DNA of 64,000 bases from the NCBI GenBank assembly GCA_902578135.1, contig CACHBU010000003.1, positions 9,001 through 73,000 on the forward strand. Reading direction: 5' to 3'. Shown here piece after piece: positions 7,423 to 17,138 of this stretch. The translations under genes were made by a program, and so were the position numbers. This stretch comes from an uncultured Candidatus Actinomarina sp. GTDB taxonomy: Bacteria > Actinomycetota > Acidimicrobiia > Actinomarinales > Actinomarinaceae. The notes under the pieces were generated by a model. The model saw nothing but the letters and a program-made list of their open reading frames with translations. It was not told the origin of the DNA and searched no databases. Numbering within the stretch: the first letter of the stretch is position 1; every line of letters begins with the position of its first letter.

Positions 7423-8922
7423 TTATTTTTTATAACTACTACCTGCAAATTCTTTAGAATTACCCCATTTTTCTAAATAAGGCTTTAAATTAAACTTTCT
7501 AGCTGCTGAATCTGATGTCATATACCTTATTTTTCCATATATTTGTCTTTCTGGACCCCAAGCTCTGTCATATCTGCCCAAGATCCAAAAAACTCCAGAA
7601 TAAGAGTTAGGATCTCGTCCATCTAGTGAATATCTGTCATTTAAAGTAATCATATAAGATAATGCAATTTGAGGATTCGGAGACCACTCTAATATCTTTT
7701 TTCCCCATAACATTCTTAGATAATTCTGAATTACACCTTGTTCTCTAAGTTGATTTTGTGCTGCATTCCAAATTTCATCATGGGTCTGGGAGTAAGTCAG
7801 TTGCTCAAGATTATAAATATGTTCCCTTTCATCACTTGAATGTTCATCAAGAGTTTTAATTGCCCACTCTGGCAAACTTGAATATTGATTGTAGTTAGCA
7901 CGTCTTACGCAAGTATGATATCCAAGTTCACGCCAAGTAATTAATTCATCTAAAAAGCTTTCAAAATTGAGTGATCCTCCCCACCAGCCTTCTCTTCTTC
8001 CAACTAAAGTGGGATTAATTTTTTCAGGTGACCATGACTCATGTTCAACTAATCTCTCAAATACTTCATGTGTAGATATTTGCCCAAAGTGAAAGTAAGG
8101 TGACATTTGACTACTTGCTTTTTTTGATGGATCGCTTCTATATTGTGCATAGTCACTGTATCCCTCAGAAAGAAAATCATTAAATCTTTTTAAAGCATTT
8201 GAATATCCACCTTTAATTGAACTGACTTTTACAGACTTATCTATTGCCAGTTGGTCAATAAATAAATCTATGTCTGTATGTTTAAAATCAAAAGGTTTCC
8301 AAATTTTTTCTACTGAAGAAATTATTGAATTATCAAAATCTTGAATTAACTGATCTAATGGGTCTTCCAATGGAGTCTCAACTATAAAATCTTCCAAATT
8401 TTTATGTAGATATCTTCTAAAATCATGAGCACGTACATACTCTTTTTCAGAGAGCCTAATCGGCACAAGTCCATTTGAATCGACCAGCTCATATCTTGAT
8501 GGTATTTCACCAGATGCCTTAGCTGTCATTTGTGGAACAAAGTAGGTTGGATAGTCATCGGTTATTACTACGGATGCCTGCTTAGAAATCTCCATAAGAA
8601 GTCCTTCAGACTGTTTTGGTTCTGTTTCAACAAAAGGATAGTAATAAGCTTTTGTTTTTGATATAACTTCAGAGACCTCCTTCATTCCATCCATCATAAA
8701 TTTATGGAATCTCAGACTCGACATTGGATAATCAAGAATTAATGGTTCCAAAATTACTAAAGGCTGAGATAATTTATTCGCCCATTCGACTGCGCGCTGT
8801 AGAGCAAAATTATATTTTGTTCTTTTAAATGCGATACACCAATAAATAACAAACTTTGAAGAATCCACATCAGGGTTTATATCATTTAATGTTTTTACTC
8901 TTGAGTAAGGAACTTGGTCCAT
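7423..8922 (-). CDS. phr: Class II CPD deoxyribodipyrimidine photolyase
   Basis: 499 aa. SPYFHFGQIS, LNDRYSLDGRDPNSYSGVFW and RAWGPERQIYGKIRYMTSDSAARKF closely parallel class II photolyases such as the Methanosarcina type. Confidence 0.85.
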   Translation of the reverse strand: MDQVPYSRVKTLNDINPDVDSSKFVIYWCIAFKRTKYNFALQRAVEWANKLSQPLVILEPLILDYPMSSLRFHKFMMDGMKEVSEVISKTKAYYYPFVETEPKQSEGLLMEISKQASVVITDDYPTYFVPQMTAKASGEIPSRYELVDSNGLVPIRLSEKEYVRAHDFRRYLHKNLEDFIVETPLEDPLDQLIQDFDNSIISSVEKIWKPFDFKHTDIDLFIDQLAIDKSVKVSSIKGGYSNALKRFNDFLSEGYSDYAQYRSDPSKKASSQMSPYFHFGQISTHEVFERLVEHESWSPEKINPTLVGRREGWWGGSLNFESFLDELITWRELGYHTCVRRANYNQYSSLPEWAIKTLDEHSSDEREHIYNLEQLTYSQTHDEIWNAAQNQLREQGVIQNYLRMLWGKKILEWSPNPQIALSYMITLNDRYSLDGRDPNSYSGVFWILGRYDRAWGPERQIYGKIRYMTSDSAARKFNLKPYLEKWGNSKEFAGSSYKK

Positions 8923-9021
8923 AAAAATATTATAAGTCGATTAGGAAAGAAGTAAAAATAATTAGATTTGAAATAGGTTTTAAATTTATATTAAATTAGC
9001 TACAATATAAAAGATTGAATC

Positions 9022-10197
9022 ATGGGTGCAATAAATATTAATAATGTTGGAAAAATTTATCCAAATGGAACTAGAGCACTAGAAGACGTAAATATAGAAA
9101 TTAATGATGGTGAATTTGTTGTTCTAGTTGGCCCATCTGGCTGTGGTAAAACAACACTGCTTCGGATGGTTGCTGGACTTGAAGATATCACTGAGGGTGA
9201 GATATCTATTGCTGATAAAGTTGTGAATGAAATTGCTCCTAAAGATCGTGATATAGCAATGGTTTTCCAAAACTATGCACTGTACCCTCATATGTCAGTT
9301 TACGACAACATGGCCTTCTCTCTTAAGCTTCGGAAATTACCAAAAAATGAAATTGATCAAAAAGTTAAAGATGCTGCAAAAACTTTAGAAATTGATGAGT
9401 TGTTAGAAAGAAAACCAAAGGCTTTATCTGGTGGTCAGAGACAAAGAGTTGCTATGGGAAGAGCAATTGTGAGAAACCCACAAGCATTTTTAATGGACGA
9501 ACCGTTATCTAATCTAGATGCTAAATTACGGGTTCAAATGAGAGCTGAGTTAGGACAGCTTCATTCACAACTTGAAACTACTACCTTATATGTTACACAT
9601 GACCAAGTTGAGGCAATGACTATGGGTGATCGTGTTGCGGTTATAAGAAAAGGTGTTCTCCAACAAATAGACACACCAAGAGAAATTTATTTATATCCAA
9701 AAAATATTTTTGTAGCGGGATTTATAGGAAGTCCAGCTATGAACTTTGTATATGCAGACATTAAAACATCCGCAAAAGGAACGACATTGATTTTTGGTAA
9801 CGATAAAATTTTGGCTAAAGATGCTCCCGAGGCCTTAAAAAACTTTGAGGGAAAACAAATTGTTCTTGGAATAAGACCAGAAGCTTTTGAAGATTCCGTA
9901 TATGCAAACAAAAAAGAGTTTACAGAAGAGATAAATATTGATGTATCTCTTTTAGAACAACTTGGTTCAGATACTTACATTCATTTTTTCAAAGATATAA
10001 AACCTGTACAAACTGAAGCTATTGAAGAAATTTTAGCTGATGAAGGTGAAGATATTTCAGTATTAGGAACACAGACAAAATTCATTGCAAGAATTAATCC
10101 AAATGCGACTATAGAAGAAGGACAAAACATAAACCTCGCAATTGATCCAACAAAATTGCATTATTTTGATCCTGAAACTGGGATGGCTATAACTTAA
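9022..10197 (+). CDS. Sugar ABC transporter ATP-binding protein (MsiK/UgpC/MalK type)
   Basis: Walker A GPSGCGKTT, LSGGQRQRVAMGRA, FLMDEPLSNLD, and a C-terminal MalK-like regulatory domain. Confidence 0.9.
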   Translation: MGAININNVGKIYPNGTRALEDVNIEINDGEFVVLVGPSGCGKTTLLRMVAGLEDITEGEISIADKVVNEIAPKDRDIAMVFQNYALYPHMSVYDNMAFSLKLRKLPKNEIDQKVKDAAKTLEIDELLERKPKALSGGQRQRVAMGRAIVRNPQAFLMDEPLSNLDAKLRVQMRAELGQLHSQLETTTLYVTHDQVEAMTMGDRVAVIRKGVLQQIDTPREIYLYPKNIFVAGFIGSPAMNFVYADIKTSAKGTTLIFGNDKILAKDAPEALKNFEGKQIVLGIRPEAFEDSVYANKKEFTEEINIDVSLLEQLGSDTYIHFFKDIKPVQTEAIEEILADEGEDISVLGTQTKFIARINPNATIEEGQNINLAIDPTKLHYFDPETGMAIT

Positions 10198-11447
10198 ATT
10201 TCTCTATCAAGTTGGTTTAGAAGTTTAACTAAATTTTGAGGACCTTCACTAATATATTCTCTAAAGAGCTCCCACAACAAATTTGAACCAATAGATCTAG
10301 CCATGATTTCTGAAGCATCATATCTGAATAAATCTTTTTGTAATGCATCATGAACAATTGAGTACTCAAACTTTGTTAATTCATTATTTATTATTTGTTT
10401 ATTAAAATTTTGATTAGCAGATATAAATTCTGTGTCTTGATAAGACGACCAAATTTCACCAAAATTTTTTGAAAGAATTTTAGAAATGACTATCTTTGAT
10501 AATTCATTATCTTTTGTCAAAACTATATTGTCTCCAATACCTACAACAGAATTTTCAAAATTTATTTTTGGTACGTTAGTTACCGCAAAGTCTCTTAAGT
10601 ATTGATAATCCTCAGGAATATAGTATCTAAAATAATGTCCACTCCAAGACATAAAGCACTCTGTTGAATCATCTAACAATACCTTGGGGAGATTTCTAAA
10701 CTCTTTATCTGTTATTGAGCCTGGACCGTTATATATATGATTATCGTAAAATATAAAATCTTCAATATGTTTAATTGATAAGAAAATTTTAACATTTGAA
10801 GCATTAATTTTTAGCCTTGACCATTCATCATATACTTTTGGACCGTATTTTGTTAAAAGCATATCTTCCATCCAGTTGGTCTGAACCCAACCTGTAGAAG
10901 CGGCGCTTTCTGAATTCGCACACCATGGGCTTGTACCATTATCTGCAATTTTCTTTGTACCTTCAAGTAAGGTTTCAAAGCTATCAAATTTAACATTATG
11001 TTGTTCAAATTTTGAAATGTCATACCAAATTAATGAATTTGGGAATAACCTTGTCCAGCCTCCGTAAATACTATCTTCATGAGAAACAATAGAGATAAGG
11101 TGATTTGGATATAAATTGAAAATTGAGTTGTTATCTACAAGTACATCATCCAGACTGTATATCAACTTTCTTTCAGCGAGATTAACTACTCCTTGAGGAT
11201 TTGGAATTATAGCAATTGAACTTGAGCTATTTGGATTATCTATAATGAAAGTCTCAGCATCAGAAACTGGTTCATATTTAATTTTTATTCCAAGTTCATT
11301 TGCAATCAAATTCAGTTCTTCAACAAAATATTGTTGCTCATGAAATTCAGGTCCAATAATCACTACTTCTGGTGGATCATTTGCAAAAAGTGAGAATATA
11401 GTAGTAATTAAAACAGTTAGAGAAAAAAATATTATTTTCTTATTCAA
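10194..11447 (-). CDS. Secreted solute-binding-protein-like protein, divergent paralogue of the 14700-15998 sugar-binding protein
   Basis: Signal peptide. STGWVQTNWMEDMLLTKYGPKVYDEW parallels ASGWLATDWMEDIMLRTGEGTVTYDKW in the other binding protein. Only 3 nt separate it from the ROK kinase gene. Confidence 0.6.
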   Translation of the reverse strand: MNKKIIFFSLTVLITTIFSLFANDPPEVVIIGPEFHEQQYFVEELNLIANELGIKIKYEPVSDAETFIIDNPNSSSSIAIIPNPQGVVNLAERKLIYSLDDVLVDNNSIFNLYPNHLISIVSHEDSIYGGWTRLFPNSLIWYDISKFEQHNVKFDSFETLLEGTKKIADNGTSPWCANSESAASTGWVQTNWMEDMLLTKYGPKVYDEWSRLKINASNVKIFLSIKHIEDFIFYDNHIYNGPGSITDKEFRNLPKVLLDDSTECFMSWSGHYFRYYIPEDYQYLRDFAVTNVPKINFENSVVGIGDNIVLTKDNELSKIVISKILSKNFGEIWSSYQDTEFISANQNFNKQIINNELTKFEYSIVHDALQKDLFRYDASEIMARSIGSNLLWELFREYISEGPQNLVKLLNQLDREI

Positions 11448-11450
11448 AGT

Positions 11451-12344
11451 TTAATCCCATAATAAAGCTGCACCTCTTACACCGCTTGAAGAGCCGTGTT
11501 CAGATTTTAAAATTGGAGTGTTAAAAAAATTAGAGGCAATATATGGGATAATTCTTTTTGGCACTTCTTCATACAACTCTTCAATATCTGACATTCCTCC
11601 TCCACAAACTATTACATCTGGATCTAAGAGATTAACTATAGAGCTAAATGCACGTGCTGTACGTTCAAAATATTTGTCCATGACTTCTTTTGAGTTTTTA
11701 TCTCCATCTCTAAAATTATCAACTATCTCTCTCGAAGGTTTTTTTTCATTAGTAACAAACGAATAATAATTTTCTAAACCTGGACCAGATAGAAAAACCT
11801 CAATTGCTCCTATTCTCCCGCAATGTCTCTGAACTGACTTTTCATAATCGTCCATTGGTCCTGGGATAGGATTTTGACCCCATTCTCCAGTTAATTTATT
11901 TGGACCTACAACAAGTTGTTTTCTGAAAGTATAACCCGCACCTACTCCTGTACCCATAATTACTGCAAATACAGAGTCATAATTTTGGCCAGCACCATCT
12001 ATGGACTCAGATACTGCTAGGCAATCTGCATCGTTTGCAATTTTCACTTCAAATCCAAGCTTTTTTTCCAAATCCTTTTTAACATCTTGTCCTTCTAAAG
12101 CTTTTGTATTTGAAACTTGAACTAAACCTGTATTGGGATGGAGCGATCCGGGCATTCCAATCCCTACAGTGAATTTTTTAAAATCTGAAGAGATATCAGT
12201 GATTAATTTAAATACCGTATTAATTATTTCAAAATAATTTTCTTTAGGTGCATCAACTCGTTTTCTTAAAAGTTCTTTTCCGTTTAAGGGATCAAGCACA
12301 ATGGCTTCAATCTTTGTACCTCCCCAATCTATGCCAACTTTCAT
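11451..12344 (-). CDS. ROK-family sugar kinase (Mak/NagK-like fructo-/manno-/glucokinase)
   Basis: MKVGIDWGGTKIE, ANDADCLAVSE, GTGVGAG, GEWGQNP and DPDVIVCGGGMS...SSGVRGAA align along the full length with E. coli Mak. Confidence 0.8.
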   Translation of the reverse strand: MKVGIDWGGTKIEAIVLDPLNGKELLRKRVDAPKENYFEIINTVFKLITDISSDFKKFTVGIGMPGSLHPNTGLVQVSNTKALEGQDVKKDLEKKLGFEVKIANDADCLAVSESIDGAGQNYDSVFAVIMGTGVGAGYTFRKQLVVGPNKLTGEWGQNPIPGPMDDYEKSVQRHCGRIGAIEVFLSGPGLENYYSFVTNEKKPSREIVDNFRDGDKNSKEVMDKYFERTARAFSSIVNLLDPDVIVCGGGMSDIEELYEEVPKRIIPYIASNFFNTPILKSEHGSSSGVRGAALLWD

Positions 12345-12502
12345 GTCAATTACTCAATTCGAAATTTATATTATATTTATTTATATTACTAGTGCCTGCT
12401 ACTTCTATTTGGTTTAATTTGTTTTGATTATAAAGTGTTTAAAATCTCAATTATTATTTAAGAAATCTTGTACATCCTATAAAAAATATAATAACTAGTG
12501 CC

Positions 12503-13405
12503 TTATCCTTTGACAGCACCACCAATTAATCCTCTTATAAAATATCTTTGCAGACTAAAGAAAACAATTAACGGAACAATCATTGAAATAACAGCGCCTG
12601 AAAGCCTGAGATGCCATGCTTCACCAAATAAACCAACAACAATCTGAGACATGTGAGATGTCACAACTAAATTTTCTGGCTTATATACACCAAGAAATAC
12701 ATTTGCTACCAAGAAATCGTTGTAAACCCATAAAAATTGAAAAGTTGCAAATGCAGCAATTCCTGAAATGGATAGTGGCACAACTAATTTAAAAAACGTT
12801 GTCATATTACTAGCACCATCTATCTTGGCCGATTCGATAACACTTTTTGGAAGGCCCATCATAAAGTCACGTAAAAGAAATGTGGCTAAAGGCAATCCAA
12901 ACCCCGTGTGTGCAAACCATGTTGCAACAAAAGTTCCATTAATGTCTAATGCAGGTATTAAAGTAACACCTCCTAATTCAAGTCCACTTTTGAATAACTG
13001 AATTAAAGGAACCAAAGACATTTGCAAAGGTATTATCATTGAAGCAACTACCATCATAAAAAGAAAGTTTTTTCCTTTGAAATCCATAAAAGCAAAAGCA
13101 TATGCGGCAAAAGCAGCAATAGTTATTGGAATAATTGTGGACGGGATTGTAATTGCTAATGAATTATAAAATGACCGGTCTAAATTTTCAGTAAAAAATA
13201 CCTCGCTATAGTTTTGAAGCGTTAACTCTCGCCAGTACTCACCGGTATAAATTGACTCCCACCAAGAAGCTCTTTTAATTGCTTCAGCAGGGCGGAATGA
13301 GCTAAGGAGAAAACCAAAAATTGGAAATATCCATGTTAAAGCAATCGCTATAAGGATTAACTTAGTTAGAGGTTTGTCATACCACTTTTGATCACTCCTG
13401 TTCAT
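12503..13405 (-). CDS. Carbohydrate ABC transporter permease (MalG-like)
   Basis: 300 aa, 6 TM, EAA-loop region SAKIDGASNMTTFFKLVVP. Confidence 0.85.
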   Translation of the reverse strand: MNRSDQKWYDKPLTKLILIAIALTWIFPIFGFLLSSFRPAEAIKRASWWESIYTGEYWRELTLQNYSEVFFTENLDRSFYNSLAITIPSTIIPITIAAFAAYAFAFMDFKGKNFLFMMVVASMIIPLQMSLVPLIQLFKSGLELGGVTLIPALDINGTFVATWFAHTGFGLPLATFLLRDFMMGLPKSVIESAKIDGASNMTTFFKLVVPLSISGIAAFATFQFLWVYNDFLVANVFLGVYKPENLVVTSHMSQIVVGLFGEAWHLRLSGAVISMIVPLIVFFSLQRYFIRGLIGGAVKG

Positions 13406-14628
13406 AAGCTTGAGTTTTCTTTCTCTCTATAAGTATTACCTATAATTATTGGGATTACACATATAAATATAAGAACTGCAACAGTTGAAGATCTTCCAAT
13501 ATTTCTGTACTTTGAGAATTCATCTAACATTTTGACCGCGAGTAAATTAGTTTCTAAATCACCTCTTGTTGTTACATAAACGATATCAAATGCTTTAAGT
13601 ACAGTAATGACCATATAAGTGCCAACTACTACGATTGTACTTTTTATATAAGGTATAACAATTGATACAAAAATTTTAAACTCTGATGCACCATCTATTT
13701 GTCCAGCTTCCATTATGTCTACTGGTATTGCTTTTATTCCAGCAGAAAAAACTACTGCTGCAAATCCAGTGTAAGCCCATATCATGATGACTAACAATAA
13801 AACTGTATTCAATGGTAAATTAACAAGTATTTTGTCTAGCCAACTTGCATATTCTATATTTTCCCCTATTTGTAAATTTGAGAGATCTCTTTGTTGTAAC
13901 CATCCTATTGCTCGATTACATGAGGAATCGGCATAATCTCTTAGAGCTCCATCAACTACTCTGTTGTTGTAACACTTTTCTCCTATTGACACCCTAATAC
14001 CATTTAAAATTCCAATTTGTGTAAGTGGTGGTGGTCTGTACTCATAAATAAATTTAAAAATTGCAGATGCTCCAACGGCAGAAATAGCCATAGGCATAAA
14101 TACAATTGATTTGAAAAATGCTTCGCCTTTGTTCAGCCTATCAGTAAGCCATCCAACAATTAATCCAAAAAATAAAGTAAAGAAAACAACAAAAACTAGC
14201 CAAATTATTTGATTTCTAATCGTAACTAACATCTCAGTGTCACTAAAAGACCACAGATAATTTTCAAAACCAACAAATGAAGTTCCGTATCTATCTTTAA
14301 AACTCAAATATATAGTTCTTATTGCTGGGTAAAAAAGAAAAAGGCCAATCATAAACAATGATGGTCCTGCAAACATCTTGGCTTCTAATGAATCTCTTTT
14401 TTCTGTTGGAGCTAATTTTATTAATCTTTCCATACCAGCAAATAAAAGAAAAACGAAGGATGAACCAACTAACAGACCAATTACTACCAACATATTTCTA
14501 GAAATTAATTCAGTTAATTCTCTAAACAATATTGCTTGAGACAAAAACCAAACTAAAGGAAATGCACCCAATGCAAGAAATGAAATGCCGAAATTAAACA
14601 ATTTTTCTTGTTGAGTATATTTTTTCAT
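13402..14628 (-). CDS. Carbohydrate ABC transporter permease (MalF-like) with an enlarged extracytoplasmic loop
   Basis: 408 aa, EAA loop EAGQIDGASEFKIFVSIVIPY, and a ~60-aa Cys-containing loop insertion. Confidence 0.85.
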   Translation of the reverse strand: MKKYTQQEKLFNFGISFLALGAFPLVWFLSQAILFRELTELISRNMLVVIGLLVGSSFVFLLFAGMERLIKLAPTEKRDSLEAKMFAGPSLFMIGLFLFYPAIRTIYLSFKDRYGTSFVGFENYLWSFSDTEMLVTIRNQIIWLVFVVFFTLFFGLIVGWLTDRLNKGEAFFKSIVFMPMAISAVGASAIFKFIYEYRPPPLTQIGILNGIRVSIGEKCYNNRVVDGALRDYADSSCNRAIGWLQQRDLSNLQIGENIEYASWLDKILVNLPLNTVLLLVIMIWAYTGFAAVVFSAGIKAIPVDIMEAGQIDGASEFKIFVSIVIPYIKSTIVVVGTYMVITVLKAFDIVYVTTRGDLETNLLAVKMLDEFSKYRNIGRSSTVAVLIFICVIPIIIGNTYREKENSSL

Positions 14629-14649
14629 AATAATTTACTAATTAATTAT

Positions 14650-14677
14650 AGATGGCCACCTATGAAGGTGGCCATCT
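14650..14677 (-). other. Intercistronic stem-loop between the binding-protein and permease genes
   Basis: Perfect 11-bp stem AGATGGCCACC/GGTGGCCATCT with a 6-nt loop. No clean U-tract follows on the minus strand. Confidence 0.6.
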
Positions 14678-14699
14678 AAATAGTTAAACAATTCTTAGC

Positions 14700-15998
14700 T
14701 TACGGCCAAGATTTTTCTATATTATCTAATGCTGTATCGATATATCCTGGGCCTTCAACAGCTAAGTTCATCATTTCTTTCCAGAAAGAACCAGCTCCTA
14801 CCTCAGGAGGCATTAAGTCAGAAGCGTCAAATCTGAATGCATTTTCTGCCAATGCACCAGTAATAGCATCTGCTAATGTCCTTGTAATATCTTTTGAATA
14901 TAGTGATGAATCAAAATCAACATGACCATAAATTCTTGAGTTATCCGGTCTTTGCGCGGCTGCCTCAAAGAAAGTTGGACTTAACATATATTCTACAACT
15001 GCTTTTACTGCATCTCTGTCGTTGTAAACAGCGAACATGTCTCCAGCACCTAAAGCGGCTTTTGGAAGTCCATCATCCATAGCTGGGAATGGAAACACTG
15101 TAGTTTCTACTCCTGCTTGGCTTTGAACTTCATCAGGCCAGAAGCTAGTGATGAAAGATGCTTGCCTGTGCATAAAACACCCAGGGTTACCGTTTGCGTC
15201 TTTAACAAACATTGGATCCTGTGCATTACCAAAGTATGTTGAAACAATAGCATCAGTACCACCTACAACATAACCCTCAGTATGCATAATTTGACTTAAA
15301 AGCGTTGCTGCATTTTTTACAACTGGATCGTTAAATGGAATTTCGTGACTTACCCACTTATCATAGGTTACTGTTCCTTCACCTGTTCTAAGCATGATGT
15401 CTTCCATCCAGTCAGTTGCAAGCCAACCTGAAGCACCCTCTGATTCCATACCAAAGCAGAATGGATTCATTCCATCTGCAACGATTTGATCTGCAAGAGC
15501 AATCATTTCATCCCATGTAGCTGGAACTGAATAACCTCTAGCCTCAAATTCTGCTGGTTGATACCAAATAATACTTTTTAGGTTGAATGCGTGAGCTCCA
15601 CCATAATGTGCACCATCTACTTCTCCTAGACCTACAATATATGATGAAAAACTTGCTCTATATTCATCCATGTCAACACCTAAATCTTCAAGCGAAACGA
15701 GATAACCTCTTTTCGCTGCATCTACAACACCACCAGGTTGTGGGAATAGTGCAATATCGGGTGTATCGCCAGATTCCATTTGAATTTGAATTTCCTGCTC
15801 AAAGTTATCTGAACCTTGGAAACTAACAATGATTCCTGTTTCTTCTGTAAAAGAATCAAAGTTTTCTTGGAATCCATCTGCATCGTTACCGACTAAGGCA
15901 CCGGTGATAAAGACTTCTTCTCCTTCAAGACTGCCTCCACCGCATGCTACAGCTATCATGGACAAAATAACTAATAGTCCAAAAATAGACTTTTTCAT
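14700..15998 (-). CDS. Carbohydrate ABC transporter substrate-binding lipoprotein (CUT1 family)
   Basis: Lipobox IAVAC followed by GGG, 432 aa, SBP type 1 features including GASGWLATDWMEDIMLR. Confidence 0.85.
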   Translation of the reverse strand: MKKSIFGLLVILSMIAVACGGGSLEGEEVFITGALVGNDADGFQENFDSFTEETGIIVSFQGSDNFEQEIQIQMESGDTPDIALFPQPGGVVDAAKRGYLVSLEDLGVDMDEYRASFSSYIVGLGEVDGAHYGGAHAFNLKSIIWYQPAEFEARGYSVPATWDEMIALADQIVADGMNPFCFGMESEGASGWLATDWMEDIMLRTGEGTVTYDKWVSHEIPFNDPVVKNAATLLSQIMHTEGYVVGGTDAIVSTYFGNAQDPMFVKDANGNPGCFMHRQASFITSFWPDEVQSQAGVETTVFPFPAMDDGLPKAALGAGDMFAVYNDRDAVKAVVEYMLSPTFFEAAAQRPDNSRIYGHVDFDSSLYSKDITRTLADAITGALAENAFRFDASDLMPPEVGAGSFWKEMMNLAVEGPGYIDTALDNIEKSWP

Positions 15999-16017
15999 TA
16001 TATTTCTCCCCCTATGT

Positions 16018-16029
16018 ATACGTACGTAT
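16018..16029. promoter_or_regulatory. 12-bp perfect palindrome ATACGTACGTAT, candidate operator of the sugar ABC operon
   Basis: Self-complementary 12-mer lying just upstream of the GGGGGAGAA SD of the binding-protein gene (minus strand). Confidence 0.35.
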
Positions 16030-16143
16030 GCTAAAAATAAGGAATTTTTAGCTTTTTATATTTTATTTAAATCAATGAGTATTTTCATGTTGAAAGTCAA
16101 AAAAAATTTAATTTTACTTGGTTTTTTTTTTGATTTTGTTATG

Positions 16144-16227
16144 TGCCCGGGGGGGGACTCGAACCCCCACATCCTTTCGAATAACGGATTTTAAGTCCGT
16201 CGCGTCTACCAATTCCGCCACCCGGGC
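16144..16227 (-). tRNA. tRNA-Leu (anticodon UAA)
   Basis: Hand-folded cloverleaf: acceptor GCCCGGG/CCCGGGC, anticodon stem ACGGA/TCCGT with loop CTTAAAA, long variable arm, T-arm GGGGG-TTCGAGT-CCCCC. No encoded CCA. Confidence 0.9.
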
Positions 16228-16238
16228 TAATATCTAAT

Positions 16239-17138
16239 TTAGTATTTTTTGAGTATTAGACCCTCTAAAATATCGTTTTTTGAAATTATAATTGGAGTAT
16301 TGCTGTAATAGCTAAGAATTATTTCTAATAAAAATATACCAGATGTAATAGTTGAGGCTCTTTTAGGATCGATTCCTCTAAATTTTGTAATAATTTCTGC
16401 TTCAGTCATTTTTAATATTCTTTTATTTATCTCTTGAACATTATCAATATCAATTTTGATTTCATGAAGCTCTTCTTCATTAAAATTTTCTTGATCTAGA
16501 AATATTGATGCTAGTGAAAGTGCTGTACCTGACACCCCAATCACATTTTTTTTATCATTAATATCTAACTGAGATAGTTCTGTTTCAATTTTTAGTTTTG
16601 CCTTATCAATTAATTCTTGACCAATAGGAAGATTTGAAAAATATTTTTCAGATAATGTTACTACACCTAAGTTGAGCGACTTCGATACAATTTTATTCTC
16701 ATACTCATAAATAAATTCAGTGCTTCTTCCACCAATATCAATAATCAAAAAATTTTCAGTATTTTGCATAAAATGCAGTACTCCAACGCTTGTTGTAATT
16801 CCCTCTTCATGACCAGATAAAACTTCGACTTCAAAGTCATATTTATTCCTGATATTTTCAATTATTTCGTCAGAATTTTTTGCATCTCTTAGTGCAGCTG
16901 TACCAACAACAAAAACGTCATCAACATCGTTTGCAATCAACAATTTTTTAAAATCCCTTAAAGTAGAATTTACTCTTTTAAAAGCCTCAGTTGAGATTAC
17001 TCCTGTCTGCTCTATGTTTTCCGACATTTTTGTTACAACATGCTTTCGAATCAATGCATTAAACTCCTGGTCATCAACCTCTGCGATTAAAAGTCTTGTG
17101 GAGTTTGATCCAAGATCAATCGAAGCAAGCTTTACCAT
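16239..17138 (-). CDS. ppx: Ppx/GppA-family phosphatase (exopolyphosphatase)
   Basis: IDLGSNSTRLLIAE and DIGGRSTE motifs. Position after the DUF501 gene matches actinobacterial synteny. Confidence 0.85.
   Translation of the reverse strand: MVKLASIDLGSNSTRLLIAEVDDQEFNALIRKHVVTKMSENIEQTGVISTEAFKRVNSTLRDFKKLLIANDVDDVFVVGTAALRDAKNSDEIIENIRNKYDFEVEVLSGHEEGITTSVGVLHFMQNTENFLIIDIGGRSTEFIYEYENKIVSKSLNLGVVTLSEKYFSNLPIGQELIDKAKLKIETELSQLDINDKKNVIGVSGTALSLASIFLDQENFNEEELHEIKIDIDNVQEINKRILKMTEAEIITKFRGIDPKRASTITSGIFLLEIILSYYSNTPIIISKNDILEGLILKKY

Noticed and set aside
12388-12503. 10-bp direct repeat ACTAGTGCCT at 12388-12397 and 12494-12503, flanking the intergenic region between the permease and ROK kinase genes.
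   Set aside because: It is short and has only two copies. The second copy overlaps the permease stop codon. There is no associated inverted repeat or mobile-element gene, so it is most likely chance.
16149-16156. G8 homopolymer run suggestive of a slippage or phase-variation tract.
   Set aside because: It is the T-stem/acceptor junction of tRNA-Leu (CCCCC+CCC on the gene strand) and is structurally required.
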